This document shows, piece after piece, positions 52,542 to 61,810 of a stretch of DNA of 64,000 bases. The notes below the pieces were generated by a model that worked only from the letters and a program-made list of their open reading frames with translations, made no database searches and was not told the DNA's origin. Within the stretch, counting starts at the first letter, position 1. Each line of letters opens with the position of its first letter. Location of the stretch: positions 1,007 to 65,006 of the forward strand of contig JAPYUM010000014.1 in the NCBI GenBank assembly GCA_029940535.1, in the 5' to 3' direction. Made by a program: the position numbers and the translations under genes. Origin of the DNA: Vicinamibacterales bacterium (lineage in GTDB: Bacteria > Acidobacteriota > Vicinamibacteria > Vicinamibacterales > UBA8438).

Positions 52542-54251
52542 TTAGTCCGGAAGCGCGAACACGAACAGTCCGTTTCCACCGACGGGGCGCTTCACTTCCG
52601 GAGTGAGCTGCTGAGGCAGCATACCGCCCCAACTGGCCCCGCCCGCGCCGGTCGGCACCGCCAGATACTGTTTGCCGTCCACGGCGAAGGTGATCGGGAA
52701 CCCTTGGATCGAGGTGGGGAGCTTGGTGGACCAGACCGTATCGCCGGTGTTGACGTCGAAGGCGAAGATGTCGCGGTCCCAGCCGCCTGCGAAGGCCAGC
52801 CCCCCGCCCGTGGTCAGGGCGGCGCTGGTGATCGGCGTGCGGAATCGCCGTCGCCATTTTACCGCACCGGTGCGCATGTCCATGGCCAGGAACTCGCCCA
52901 ACTGTTCGCCACTGTCAGGATGATGGTGGTTGGTCCGCCGGACTGGCCCAGTGCCTCCGCCTCCGGCCACCCGGTCGACCGGTCCGAACACCGCGGTTTC
53001 GCAGTTCAAGTTGATCGGAATGAAGAAGGTCTCCAACTCCGGGTAGTACGACATCGCCCGCCAGCTCTTGAAACCGGCCGTACTGGGACACCAGTGCACC
53101 TCTTCGCCGATCACGGGGATGGTGCCCTCGAGATACGTCACTTGGCCGGTGGTCGGGTTGATATCCGCCACGGTCTGGTAACCCAGGTCATGGGCGTTGC
53201 GGAAGCGACCGGTCTGGAGCGCCATCTCCCACAGGACACCGATCTTGCCCATCGTGAATACCGAGCGCCGGTCGTCATAGTCAACGAGCACGCGCTCGAA
53301 CACTTCGTCCATGTCGAGTGTCTCGCCGGGCAGGTGCTGGTAGTACCACTTCATTTCGCCGGTATCCGGGTCGAGCGCCAGGGTCGAGTTGGTATAGAGC
53401 GCGTCGCCATCGGTCCCACGTACGGCGCGCGCCCACGGTTTGGCCTGCGAGGTGCCATGAAAGAGCGTGCGCGTCACTGGGTCGTAGCTGCCGGGAATCC
53501 AGGAGTCGCTCCCGGCCCTGAACATCGGAGGCAGGTCGCCCCAGGAGTCGCCACCGCGTGTGCCAGGCAAGGCGACCGTAGACGTGCGCCACAGCTCCTC
53601 GCCGGTGCGCGCGTCGAGTCCGACGATGTAGCAACTTTCTTCACGGTAGCGCCCGCAGCCGGTGAGACCGGAGACGACCTTCCCATCCGCGACGATTGAC
53701 CCGCTCGAGAACTGGTAGCCGACGCCCTGGTCAATGTCGGCATCCCAGATCTCTTCCCCCGTCGCGGCGTCAACCGCGACGACGTGCGCGTCGGCCGTGT
53801 TGAGAAAGATCTTGTCCTCGTACATCGAAATGTTCCGGGTCATGCGGCCCGGCGGCGGTCCGCCGAAGCTACTGCCGGGGGCGTCCGCTCCACGTTCGTA
53901 CTCCCAGATCAAATCGCCGGTGGCGGCGTTGATGGCGTGGATGATCTCACCGGGATTCGCGATATACAGCACCCCGTCGTGCACCAGTGGTGTCGTCTGC
54001 TGGGGCCCGGTTCGCAAGGCCCAGCTCCAGACCAGACGCAGGTCGCCGACGTTGTCGGCCGTGATCTGATCGAGCGGGCTGTGAGCCTGGGCATCCAGGG
54101 TGCGGCGCCAGTTGAGCCAATCATCAGGGTCCGGATTCTGGAGCATGGCGTCGGTGACCGCTACATAGTTCTGAACCTGGGCCGTGGCCGCCGAGGCGGT
54201 GAAGGTGGAGACCAAGGCCAGCGCAACGACCGTTACACAGCAACGTGTCAT
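52542..54251 (-). CDS. PQQ-dependent dehydrogenase, methanol/ethanol-family-like propeller, no cytochrome domain (PQQ-F)
   Basis: Start at 54251 (MTRCCVTVVALALVSTFTASAATAQ after AGGAG). DDWLNWRRTLDAQAHSPLDQITADNVGDLRLVW. Ends FVFALPD. Paralog of PQQ-E. Confidence 0.85.
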   Translation of the reverse strand: MTRCCVTVVALALVSTFTASAATAQVQNYVAVTDAMLQNPDPDDWLNWRRTLDAQAHSPLDQITADNVGDLRLVWSWALRTGPQQTTPLVHDGVLYIANPGEIIHAINAATGDLIWEYERGADAPGSSFGGPPPGRMTRNISMYEDKIFLNTADAHVVAVDAATGEEIWDADIDQGVGYQFSSGSIVADGKVVSGLTGCGRYREESCYIVGLDARTGEELWRTSTVALPGTRGGDSWGDLPPMFRAGSDSWIPGSYDPVTRTLFHGTSQAKPWARAVRGTDGDALYTNSTLALDPDTGEMKWYYQHLPGETLDMDEVFERVLVDYDDRRSVFTMGKIGVLWEMALQTGRFRNAHDLGYQTVADINPTTGQVTYLEGTIPVIGEEVHWCPSTAGFKSWRAMSYYPELETFFIPINLNCETAVFGPVDRVAGGGGTGPVRRTNHHHPDSGEQLGEFLAMDMRTGAVKWRRRFRTPITSAALTTGGGLAFAGGWDRDIFAFDVNTGDTVWSTKLPTSIQGFPITFAVDGKQYLAVPTGAGGASWGGMLPQQLTPEVKRPVGGNGLFVFALPD

Positions 54252-54350
54252 GTAGAACTCCTGTTGGCGACCAGTGTCCATGGAGTCGTCGCGCCCCGAA
54301 GGGGCACCGCGACCGAGGACCAACTACGTGAATGCAGAGATTATAGCCCC

Positions 54351-54365
54351 TGGCACCTATCTCGC
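54351..54365 (+). promoter_or_regulatory. Candidate sigma-54-like -24/-12 element upstream of DUF5916 paralog 2
   Basis: TGGCAC-CTATC-TCGC (GG/GC spacing exact, one mismatch in the -12 box), 118 nt upstream of the ATG at 54483. Confidence 0.25.
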
Positions 54366-54482
54366 CGTTTGTGTGCCAAACCGCGTAAACGACTCGATCG
54401 ATTGGTCGTATCCTTAGACGGTGTGACTATCCGTCGTTCGACCCAACCTGACCGTCTCGGTGTTCTCGGAGTTGAACTGAGT

Positions 54483-57395
54483 ATGAGGCTTGCCCGCGTC
54501 CCCCCGGTCGTCGCGTTCGTGGGGCTGCTATCACTGTTGGGTCAGGTTCCGGCGTCGGCGCAGCCCGGCCAAGGCGTGGTCGAGCCATCGTCCTCGACCG
54601 TCGTGGTCGTCCCCTTTGCGAACCTGACCGGCGAAGCCGTCGACGCCTGGATCGGCGCCGGTATCGCCGAGTCGCTAGCCACTGGGTTTCCCCCAGGTTC
54701 GGCGGTCGTTGCGTCCTTGCCGGCCGGTGTCGCGTCGCTCGGCGAAGAGTCGGTAAGGGTTCAGGCGCTGGAAGTCGGTCGCGGCCTGGGGGCCCAGTTC
54801 GTGGCCAGCGGGGCCTACCAACGGCTCGGGGAGTCGATCCGGATCACCGGCCGGCTCGTCGACCTGGCGGACGGCTCGGTCGTGCGCTCCGTGAAGGTCG
54901 ATGGTGCGGTTGGCGATCTCTTTACCTTGCAGGACCAGGTGGTCGCGGAGATGTCCGGCCCGCTGCCGACTCCGGGCCTGCCAGCCGTCGCGGCACCTGC
55001 GGCCACGAGGGCAACGACCGCAACAACTTCCGGTGTTGCGCCGGCATCGACCACATCCGGCTCGGCGCCGCCAGCCTCTGCCGCCGCCGGGGTCACCTCC
55101 ACTGGGTTTTCGGTTCAGCTTCCCAGCGCGATGCTTGCCGCCATTGACGGCCCAGCGCCCCCCGTGGCGCCGGCCGTCATGAACCGCGACGAACAGGGCC
55201 GCACCACGGTTCGCGCGATCAGGTTGGCGGCGGGCATCCGGCTCGACGGCACCCTCGACGAAGCGGTCTATGCGAACGTGCCGGCCATTACGGACTTCAT
55301 CCAGCAGGTGCCGGTGGAGGGGGCGCCGGCGACCGAGAAGACCGAGGCGTGGATCATGTTCGATGACACGAACGTGTATGTCTCGGCCCGGGTCTGGGAT
55401 TCAGCCCCGGAGAGCCAGTGGATCGCCAACGAAATGCGCCGCGACACCAACCAGTTGCGGCAGAACGACACATTTGCCGTGTTCTTCGACACCTTTTACG
55501 ACCGACGCAACGGGTTCAACTTCTATACCAACCCGCTCGGCGCGCGCGCCGATCAGCAGTTCACGAACGAAGGGAACCCGAACGGCGACTGGAATCCCGT
55601 CTGGGATGTGCGAACCGGACGGTTCAACGGTGGTTGGACCGTCGAGATGGAGATTCCATTCAAAACGCTCCGCTACCGGTCCGGACCGGCGCAAGTGTGG
55701 GGCGTGCAGCTTCGCCGTGCGATTCGTCGGAAGAACGAGTGGGTCTACCTGACCCGTCTCCCGATCTCGGCCGGGGGCGGTGGTGGTTCGTCCGGCATCT
55801 TCCGGGTGTCGGCGGCCGGCACGCTGGTGGGCATCGAGCCCCCGGTGGCCAGTCGGAACATCGAGGTCAAGCCGTATGCCATCGGCGGTATCATCCGTGA
55901 CGAGGTGAACAATCCGGACGGCGGTGACGTGCGTGATGGCGACTTCGGTCTCGATGTGAAGTACGGCATTACACGGAACCTCACGGCGGATATCACCTTC
56001 AACACCGACTTCGCCCAGGTCGAAGTGGATGAACAGCAGGTCAACTTGACCCGCTTTAGCCTCTTTTTTCCAGAGAAGCGGGAGTTTTTCCTGGAGAGCC
56101 GCGGGGTGTTCGATTTCGCGCGCGGCGGCATCGGGGGAGCTGGTCCGGGGGGCGGCGGCGGCGGATTCTTCGGTGGCGGCAACGCGCCGACGCTGTTCTA
56201 CAGCCGGCGTATTGGTCTGGACGCCGGGGAGGTGGTGCCGATCCTGGGCGGCGGCCGGGTGACCGGCAAGATTGGACAATTCAACGTGGGCGCGCTGAGT
56301 ATTTCGACCGACGACCAGGCCTTGGGCGCGGCCGAGTCCACGAACTTCACGGTGGCGCGGGTCAAACGTGACATCTTGCGCCGCAGTTCCATCGGCGGCC
56401 TGTTTTCGAACCGCTCGGTCTCGGTGTCCGGCGATGGCGCCAGCCAGACCTATGGGGTCGACGGGACGTTCGCCTTCTACGAGAACATTTCGATGCTGGG
56501 GTACTTTGCGAAGACCGAGACACCTGACGATCCTGACGCGCCGGCCGCGGTCCGTGAGAACACCAGTTATCAGGGTAAGTTCGGATACGGCGCCGACCGC
56601 TACGGCATGCAGGTCGACCATCTGCTTGTCGAGCGCGATTTCAATCCAGAAGTTGGCTTCGTGCGACGCGACAACTTCCGACGGACGTTTATCGAGGGGC
56701 GCTTCAGTCCTCGGCCCAGTGCGATCGACGCGGTGCGGCAGTTCCGGTTCATCGGGAGCGTGGATTACATCCTGACCGCCGATCAGAATCTGTTGGAGAC
56801 ACGCACGAACCAGCTCGCGGTGCAGACCGAGTTCGAGAGTAGCGACCGGCTCGGCGTCACCCTCAGAGACAACTACGAGTTGTTGCTGGACACGTTCACG
56901 CCGTCCGGCGCGGAGTTCGACATTCCGGTCGGTGGCTACTCGTTCAACGATGTCGAGGTCGCCTATTCATTCGGCCAACAGCGGCGGGTGAGCGGCGGTG
57001 TCACGTTGCTGCGAGGCGGTTACTTCGGCGGAAACATCACGACACTGTCGTTTCGTCGGGGACGTATTGCAGTGTTGCCGCAGATGTCGATCGAGCCGAG
57101 CTTTTCCCTGAACTGGATCGACACACCGGTGGGTGAACTCCGAACCACGCTCGCGGTGACCCGTATCAATTACGCGTTCAATCCCCGCATGTTCTTCAGT
57201 GGTCTGGTCCAGTACAACTCGGCCGCCAACAGCGTGAGCAGCAACATGCGTTTCCGCTGGGAATACAGTCCCGGGAGTGAAGTGTTCGTGGTCTACTCCG
57301 AAGACCGCGACACCGAGACCCTGCGGCCCAATCGGTTCACGGACCTGCGCAACCGCGGTTTCGTCGTCAAGTTCAACCGCCTGTTCCGCTTTTAG
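54483..57395 (+). CDS. Exported multidomain protein: N-terminal TolB-N/LpoB-like module, Ala/Thr/Ser-rich linker, CBM9-like plus DUF5916-type barrel (paralog 2)
   Basis: Start at 54483 (MRLARVPPVVAFVGLLSLLGQVPASAQ); the 1203-aa ORF's first 233 aa overlap PQQ-F antisense. FNTDFAQVEVDEQQVNLTRFSLFFPEKREFFLES matches 16247-18535. Ends NRLFRF (barrel-like terminal Phe). Confidence 0.75.
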   Translation: MRLARVPPVVAFVGLLSLLGQVPASAQPGQGVVEPSSSTVVVVPFANLTGEAVDAWIGAGIAESLATGFPPGSAVVASLPAGVASLGEESVRVQALEVGRGLGAQFVASGAYQRLGESIRITGRLVDLADGSVVRSVKVDGAVGDLFTLQDQVVAEMSGPLPTPGLPAVAAPAATRATTATTSGVAPASTTSGSAPPASAAAGVTSTGFSVQLPSAMLAAIDGPAPPVAPAVMNRDEQGRTTVRAIRLAAGIRLDGTLDEAVYANVPAITDFIQQVPVEGAPATEKTEAWIMFDDTNVYVSARVWDSAPESQWIANEMRRDTNQLRQNDTFAVFFDTFYDRRNGFNFYTNPLGARADQQFTNEGNPNGDWNPVWDVRTGRFNGGWTVEMEIPFKTLRYRSGPAQVWGVQLRRAIRRKNEWVYLTRLPISAGGGGGSSGIFRVSAAGTLVGIEPPVASRNIEVKPYAIGGIIRDEVNNPDGGDVRDGDFGLDVKYGITRNLTADITFNTDFAQVEVDEQQVNLTRFSLFFPEKREFFLESRGVFDFARGGIGGAGPGGGGGGFFGGGNAPTLFYSRRIGLDAGEVVPILGGGRVTGKIGQFNVGALSISTDDQALGAAESTNFTVARVKRDILRRSSIGGLFSNRSVSVSGDGASQTYGVDGTFAFYENISMLGYFAKTETPDDPDAPAAVRENTSYQGKFGYGADRYGMQVDHLLVERDFNPEVGFVRRDNFRRTFIEGRFSPRPSAIDAVRQFRFIGSVDYILTADQNLLETRTNQLAVQTEFESSDRLGVTLRDNYELLLDTFTPSGAEFDIPVGGYSFNDVEVAYSFGQQRRVSGGVTLLRGGYFGGNITTLSFRRGRIAVLPQMSIEPSFSLNWIDTPVGELRTTLAVTRINYAFNPRMFFSGLVQYNSAANSVSSNMRFRWEYSPGSEVFVVYSEDRDTETLRPNRFTDLRNRGFVVKFNRLFRF

Positions 57396-57492
57396 GTTTG
57401 CTGGCGATCCGTCCGCCTGGCGGCGTTACTGCGTCGGTCACCCCCGCCCGGCCGGGGCGGACGCCTGGGCAGGAAACGGTCAACAGTGGTTC

Positions 57493-57544
57493 TGTGGCGC
57501 AGGCCTTCAGGCCTGCGATCGTAGGGCTAAAGCCCTGCGCCACA
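57493..57544. repeat. 52-bp REP-like palindromic element, full copy 2
   Basis: TGTGGCGCA-[GGCC TTCA GGCC]-TGCGATCG-TA-[GGGC TAAA GCCC]-TGCGCCACA, in a convergent 329-nt intergenic region. Same architecture and spacing as 8574-8625. Confidence 0.6.
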
Positions 57545-57724
57545 ATGAGTTCTGTGTCCGGTCGAGGTGGCCGGCTCCTACGTTTCCTCAGGAGACGAAC
57601 GGCTTGCCAGGAAACCGCTCCTTCGTCAGAAAACCCCCTCTGACATCTTGTGGCGACCGGCGTGGGCTGGCAGGTCTGGCGACCCGCGGCTACGAGAATG
57701 GCGGTCCGTGAGTTCGAGGGGGAT

Positions 57725-59233
57725 TCACCGACTGGTCGTGCTGTCGGGGTCGGTGGCGCCGAGGCGTTTCAGCAGTTCTGCGACGGGGGGGCCGGTAGGC
57801 TGCACGTACCCGCCGCGGAAAGGCTGGGCGCGGTCGGCGAGGCTCAACGGAGTTTGTCCCCGCTCGTTGGTGGCGTTGAGGTCGGCCCCAGCGGCCGCGA
57901 GTAGCTCGATCACTGATCCGTAGCCCTGGCGCACCGCATAGTGCAGCGCCGTATCACCCCGGTCGTCGGCGGTCGTGACATCGACCCCGAGGTCGAGCGT
58001 GATCTGGGCGAGCCGATAGGCGAGCTGTTCGGCTTCGGTTGGATCGGGTGGTGGGATGCCGACTCGATTGCGCCGATCCTCGGTGGATTGGGTGATACCC
58101 ATCGCAGCCTGGAGCGATGACATGCCGTTGGCGGGAGTGGACAGCGAGTCTGCTCCGCGTTCCGCCAGCAGACGCAGGATCTTGAGTTCGCCGTATTTTG
58201 CGGCGAGCCAGAAGACGTTCGCATCGATCCACTGATAGCGCAGGCTGTAGTCAGCGCTGAAGCGACGACCGGGGGTTCCGTGCTCGAGGACGGCGTTCAT
58301 ATCGGCGCCGTGGTCGAGGAGCGCGCGCGCGAGATGGACCTGGCTGCGGAGCACGGCCGCATGCAGCGCGGTGTAGCCGGCGCCGCCCGCGTTCGGGTCG
58401 GCTCCTTGCTCGAGCAGATAGATGCCGAGCGGTCCGTGACCGCTATGGGCCGCGACGACGAGCGCGCTGGTTCCGGCGGCCGAGGTGTCGTTGACATCGG
58501 CGCCCGCGTCAACGAGGACCCGGGCGGCGTCGAGGTCGCCCTGCCGAGCCGCGAAGAGCAACGGTGTCGACCCGCCATGCGACATCCGGTAGTTGCCGAT
58601 CGGGTTCGTGTTGCCGGCCGTGTTCTCCAACTGATCCCAGACCGCGGTCCGGGCGTGAATGTTCGCCCCGTGGTCGATGAGGACCTGCGCCACCCGCGGG
58701 TGCTGCTGGGCGGCGGCCCACATGAGGGCGGTCTGCTGCCGCTCCTGCTCAACGGCATTGACGTCCGCGCCGTGAGCCAGCAACAGCTCCACCGTCTCGA
58801 GGTCACCGCTGCGGGCGGCCGTCATCAACGGCGTTTCTCCCATCGTGAGCGCCGCGTCGACATCGGCACCGGCGTCCAACAGGCGCGACACCATCGAGGC
58901 GCTACCGTTCATCGCGGCCAGCCACAGGGGGGTGGCGCCCAGGTCGTTGGCGGTGCCGACCGTGGCGCCGGCCTCTATCAGCAGCTGGACCGCGTCCAGA
59001 TCGTCTCGATGCGCCGCGTGGTGCAGCGCGGTCGCCCCGTCGCCCTGCGTCGTGTTCGGGTCGGCGCCGTTGTCGATCAATGCCCCGGCGACGTCGAGCC
59101 GGCCGTCCCTGACCGCCTGGATCAGGTCGGGTGCGGGTTGGGCGACCGCGGCGACCGCGCTCAAGAGTATGCCGAGTCCGCCGGTGGCCACCGCGCGTCG
59201 GCTCAGACGGGCGAGACGCATGTATTGCCGCAT
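57725..59233 (-). CDS. Exported ankyrin-repeat protein (about a dozen ANK repeats)
   Basis: 502 aa, with signal peptide. Repeated G.T.LH.AA..G....V..LL..GAD.N units throughout. Confidence 0.85.
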   Translation of the reverse strand: MRQYMRLARLSRRAVATGGLGILLSAVAAVAQPAPDLIQAVRDGRLDVAGALIDNGADPNTTQGDGATALHHAAHRDDLDAVQLLIEAGATVGTANDLGATPLWLAAMNGSASMVSRLLDAGADVDAALTMGETPLMTAARSGDLETVELLLAHGADVNAVEQERQQTALMWAAAQQHPRVAQVLIDHGANIHARTAVWDQLENTAGNTNPIGNYRMSHGGSTPLLFAARQGDLDAARVLVDAGADVNDTSAAGTSALVVAAHSGHGPLGIYLLEQGADPNAGGAGYTALHAAVLRSQVHLARALLDHGADMNAVLEHGTPGRRFSADYSLRYQWIDANVFWLAAKYGELKILRLLAERGADSLSTPANGMSSLQAAMGITQSTEDRRNRVGIPPPDPTEAEQLAYRLAQITLDLGVDVTTADDRGDTALHYAVRQGYGSVIELLAAAGADLNATNERGQTPLSLADRAQPFRGGYVQPTGPPVAELLKRLGATDPDSTTSR

Positions 59234-59338
59234 TTCGCCTCATAGTAGCGCACGCGGTTACGGATTGACACTCTTCGATGGGTCCGCCACACTACGGTGA
59301 TCTGCAAGATCTCAGACGCACAGGAGGGCCGAAAGACG

Positions 59339-61810
59339 ATGTCACGAGGGTCACGGTTGGTTGCCGGACAGGGAGTGTTCCTGGTGGCCGTGGCGGCGCT
59401 GACCATGTCGTCCCGTCCGCACGTAGCCACTCTCGCGGCGCAGACGCGTACCGACGCCACCGCCGAGCTTCTGAACAGCACGGTCGAGCGGTACTGCATC
59501 ACTTGCCACAACGACCGGTTGCGCACGGCTGATCTCAGTCTGGCGGACCTCGACCTGACTCAGGTCGGCACGCACGGCGAACTCTGGGAGGGCGTGGTCG
59601 CCAAGCTGCGGACACGGGCGATGCCGCCGGTCGGACGGCCGCGTCCCGAGACCGCCGTGTACGACCAGTTGGCTGGCTGGATCGAAACGGAAATTGACCG
59701 CGTTGCTGCCGCGCGGCCGAACCCCGGGCGCACAGAGGCGGTGCATCGCCTCAACCGGGCCGAATACGCCAACGCCGTGCGCGACCTGCTCGCACTCGAC
59801 ATCGATGTCGCCGCCCTGTTGCCGGCGGACGACTTCGACGAATTCGGCTTCGACAACATGGGGAACGTGCTCAGCGTGTCGCCGGCGCTGATGGGGCGAT
59901 ATTTGTCGGCGGCGCGCAAGATCGGCCGCCAGGCGCTGGGCGAGACGCCGCTGGGGCCGGCCATCGACACCTACGAGGTGCCGATTCTGCTGGTGCAAAA
60001 CGACCGGATGGGCGACGACCTGCCGTTCGGGTCACGCGGTGGGATCGGCGTTCGTCACTATTTTCCGGTCGATGGTGAATACGATCTCCAGATTCGCTTG
60101 CACCGCAACTATGTCGACTACGTTCGCGGCATGGGCTCACGACATGAACTGCACGTGCGGCTGGATGGCGCCCTCGTGCGCACGTTTACCTTCGGCGGCG
60201 AGGAGCCGGACGTGGTGCAGGCTCCGGCGAGCTACGGGGGTAACCAGTTCGGCGATCCCGAGTGGGAAGAGTACATGCTCTTCGCCGACGCCAACATGCG
60301 GGTGCGTTTCCAGGCCGAGTCCGGTCCGCATGTGGTGGCCGTGTCGTTCGTCCGGAGATTCACCGAGCCGGAAGGCGTGCTGCAGCCGCGGCAAAGCGTC
60401 TTCGCAGTCGCCATCAACGAGATGCGCGACGGAGACGCGGCGGTTGAGCATGTAGCGATCGGCGGACCCTATTCAAGCCGAGGTCCCGGCGACACGCCAA
60501 GCCGTGACGCGATTTTTGTCTGTCAGCCGGCCAGCGATGCTCGGGCTGAGGAAGAATCCTGCGCCCGCACCATTCTTGGGTCGCTGGCGCGCCGTGCCTA
60601 TCGTCGCCCGGTCGAGGGCGGCGACGTGGATGTCCTCATGGACTTCTATCGCGCCGGCCGCGATGACGGCAGCTTTGACGCCGGCATTCAGCTGGCGCTC
60701 GAGCGTCTGCTGATTGCGCCGGATTTCCTGTTCCGCGTGGTCCGTGACCCGACGGATGCCGAGCCGGCGACCGCCTATGCGTTGAGCGACCTCGACATGG
60801 CCTCGCGGTTGTCGTTCTTCCTCTGGTCCAGTGGTCCGGACGAGGAGTTGCTGACCCTGGCCGAGGCCGGACGCCTCAACGAGCCCGAGGCGCTGGAGCA
60901 GCAGACGCGACGGATGCTGGCCGACCCACGCGCGACAGAGTTGGTTCGCAACTTCGCAGGTCAGTGGTTGTATCTGCGAAACCTGCGGGCCGCCGTGCCG
61001 GACGCGATCGCGTTCCCGGAGTTCGACGAGAACTTACGTGATGCGTTCCAGCGGGAGACGGAACTGTTCGTCGAGAGCCTGATCCGGGACGACCGGAGCG
61101 TGTTGGACCTGCTGGGGGCTGACTACACGTTCGTCAACGAGCGGCTCGCCACCCACTACGGCATTCCCAACGTCTACGGCAGCCACTTCCGGCGGGTGGC
61201 GCTCGACGCCGAGACGGCCGAACACCGGGGCGGGATCTTTGGCCACGGCAGTCTGCTGACGGTGACCTCCTATCCGAATCGTACGTCGCCGGTCCTGCGC
61301 GGCAAGTGGATGCTGACGAACGTGCTGGGTACCCCGCCGCCGCCGCCGCCGGCCAACGTCCCGGACTTGCCGGAGCGGGGCGAGGACGGCCAGGCGGCCA
61401 CGGTGCGCGACCGATTGGCGCGGCATCGTGAGAGTCCCGCCTGTTCGGTGTGTCATGCGCCGATGGATCCGCTGGGCCTGGCCCTGGAGAATTACGACGC
61501 CATCGGTCGGTGGCGTACGACCGGCGAGGCGGATCTACCGATTGACTCGTCCGGACAGCTTCCCGACGGCACGGCGTTCGAGGGGCCGATGGGGCTGCGG
61601 TCGCTCCTGCTGGAACGGCGCGACCAGTTCGTCGGCACGTTGACCGAGAAGTTGTTGGCCTATTCGCTCGGTCGGGGGCCAGAGTACTTCGATCGACCGA
61701 CGGTGCGGGCCATCACGCGCGCGGCTGCCGTCGACGACTACCGCTGGTCGGCTATCATTGTGGGTATCGTGCAGAGTGCACCGTTCCGGATGCGGAAGGC
61801 AGAGTCATGA
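59339..61810 (+). CDS. DUF1587/DUF1592/DUF1595/DUF1588/DUF1585-type haem-motif protein (planctomycete-style PSD family)
   Basis: ATG at 59339 after AGGAGG. CITCHN near the N-terminus, RLSFFLWSSGPDEELL, FAGQWLYLRNL, and CSVCHAPMDPLGLALENYDAIGRWR. Confidence 0.8.
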   Translation: MSRGSRLVAGQGVFLVAVAALTMSSRPHVATLAAQTRTDATAELLNSTVERYCITCHNDRLRTADLSLADLDLTQVGTHGELWEGVVAKLRTRAMPPVGRPRPETAVYDQLAGWIETEIDRVAAARPNPGRTEAVHRLNRAEYANAVRDLLALDIDVAALLPADDFDEFGFDNMGNVLSVSPALMGRYLSAARKIGRQALGETPLGPAIDTYEVPILLVQNDRMGDDLPFGSRGGIGVRHYFPVDGEYDLQIRLHRNYVDYVRGMGSRHELHVRLDGALVRTFTFGGEEPDVVQAPASYGGNQFGDPEWEEYMLFADANMRVRFQAESGPHVVAVSFVRRFTEPEGVLQPRQSVFAVAINEMRDGDAAVEHVAIGGPYSSRGPGDTPSRDAIFVCQPASDARAEEESCARTILGSLARRAYRRPVEGGDVDVLMDFYRAGRDDGSFDAGIQLALERLLIAPDFLFRVVRDPTDAEPATAYALSDLDMASRLSFFLWSSGPDEELLTLAEAGRLNEPEALEQQTRRMLADPRATELVRNFAGQWLYLRNLRAAVPDAIAFPEFDENLRDAFQRETELFVESLIRDDRSVLDLLGADYTFVNERLATHYGIPNVYGSHFRRVALDAETAEHRGGIFGHGSLLTVTSYPNRTSPVLRGKWMLTNVLGTPPPPPPANVPDLPERGEDGQAATVRDRLARHRESPACSVCHAPMDPLGLALENYDAIGRWRTTGEADLPIDSSGQLPDGTAFEGPMGLRSLLLERRDQFVGTLTEKLLAYSLGRGPEYFDRPTVRAITRAAAVDDYRWSAIIVGIVQSAPFRMRKAES

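Noticed and set aside
52516-52857. N-terminal extension of ORF 50524-52857, and similar extensions at 38059-38328, 47930-48244, 42559-42876, 44009-44146 and 10709-10834
   Set aside because: The extensions overlap neighbouring genes or terminators and are Arg-rich. Internal ATGs preceded by Shine-Dalgarno-like sequences give proper signal peptides or canonical N-termini.
53784-54482. N-terminal 233 aa of the 1203-aa ORF 53784-57395
   Set aside because: This part overlaps PQQ-F on the opposite strand and has no signal or motifs. A proper start with a signal peptide (MRLARVPP...) exists at 54483.
57398-57643. 81-aa ORF (and 8394-8624 on the minus strand) encoding an AQAFRPAI..LKPCAT peptide
   Set aside because: The shared peptide is simply the translation of the REP-like repeat. 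The ORFs are otherwise unrelated and lie in intergenic spacers.
59265-59293. Sigma-70 promoter for the DUF1592-type gene (TTGACA-N17-CACACT)
   Set aside because: The -35 box is perfect, but the -10 candidate matches TATAAT at only 3 of 6 positions. It is mentioned in a finding but not annotated as a feature.
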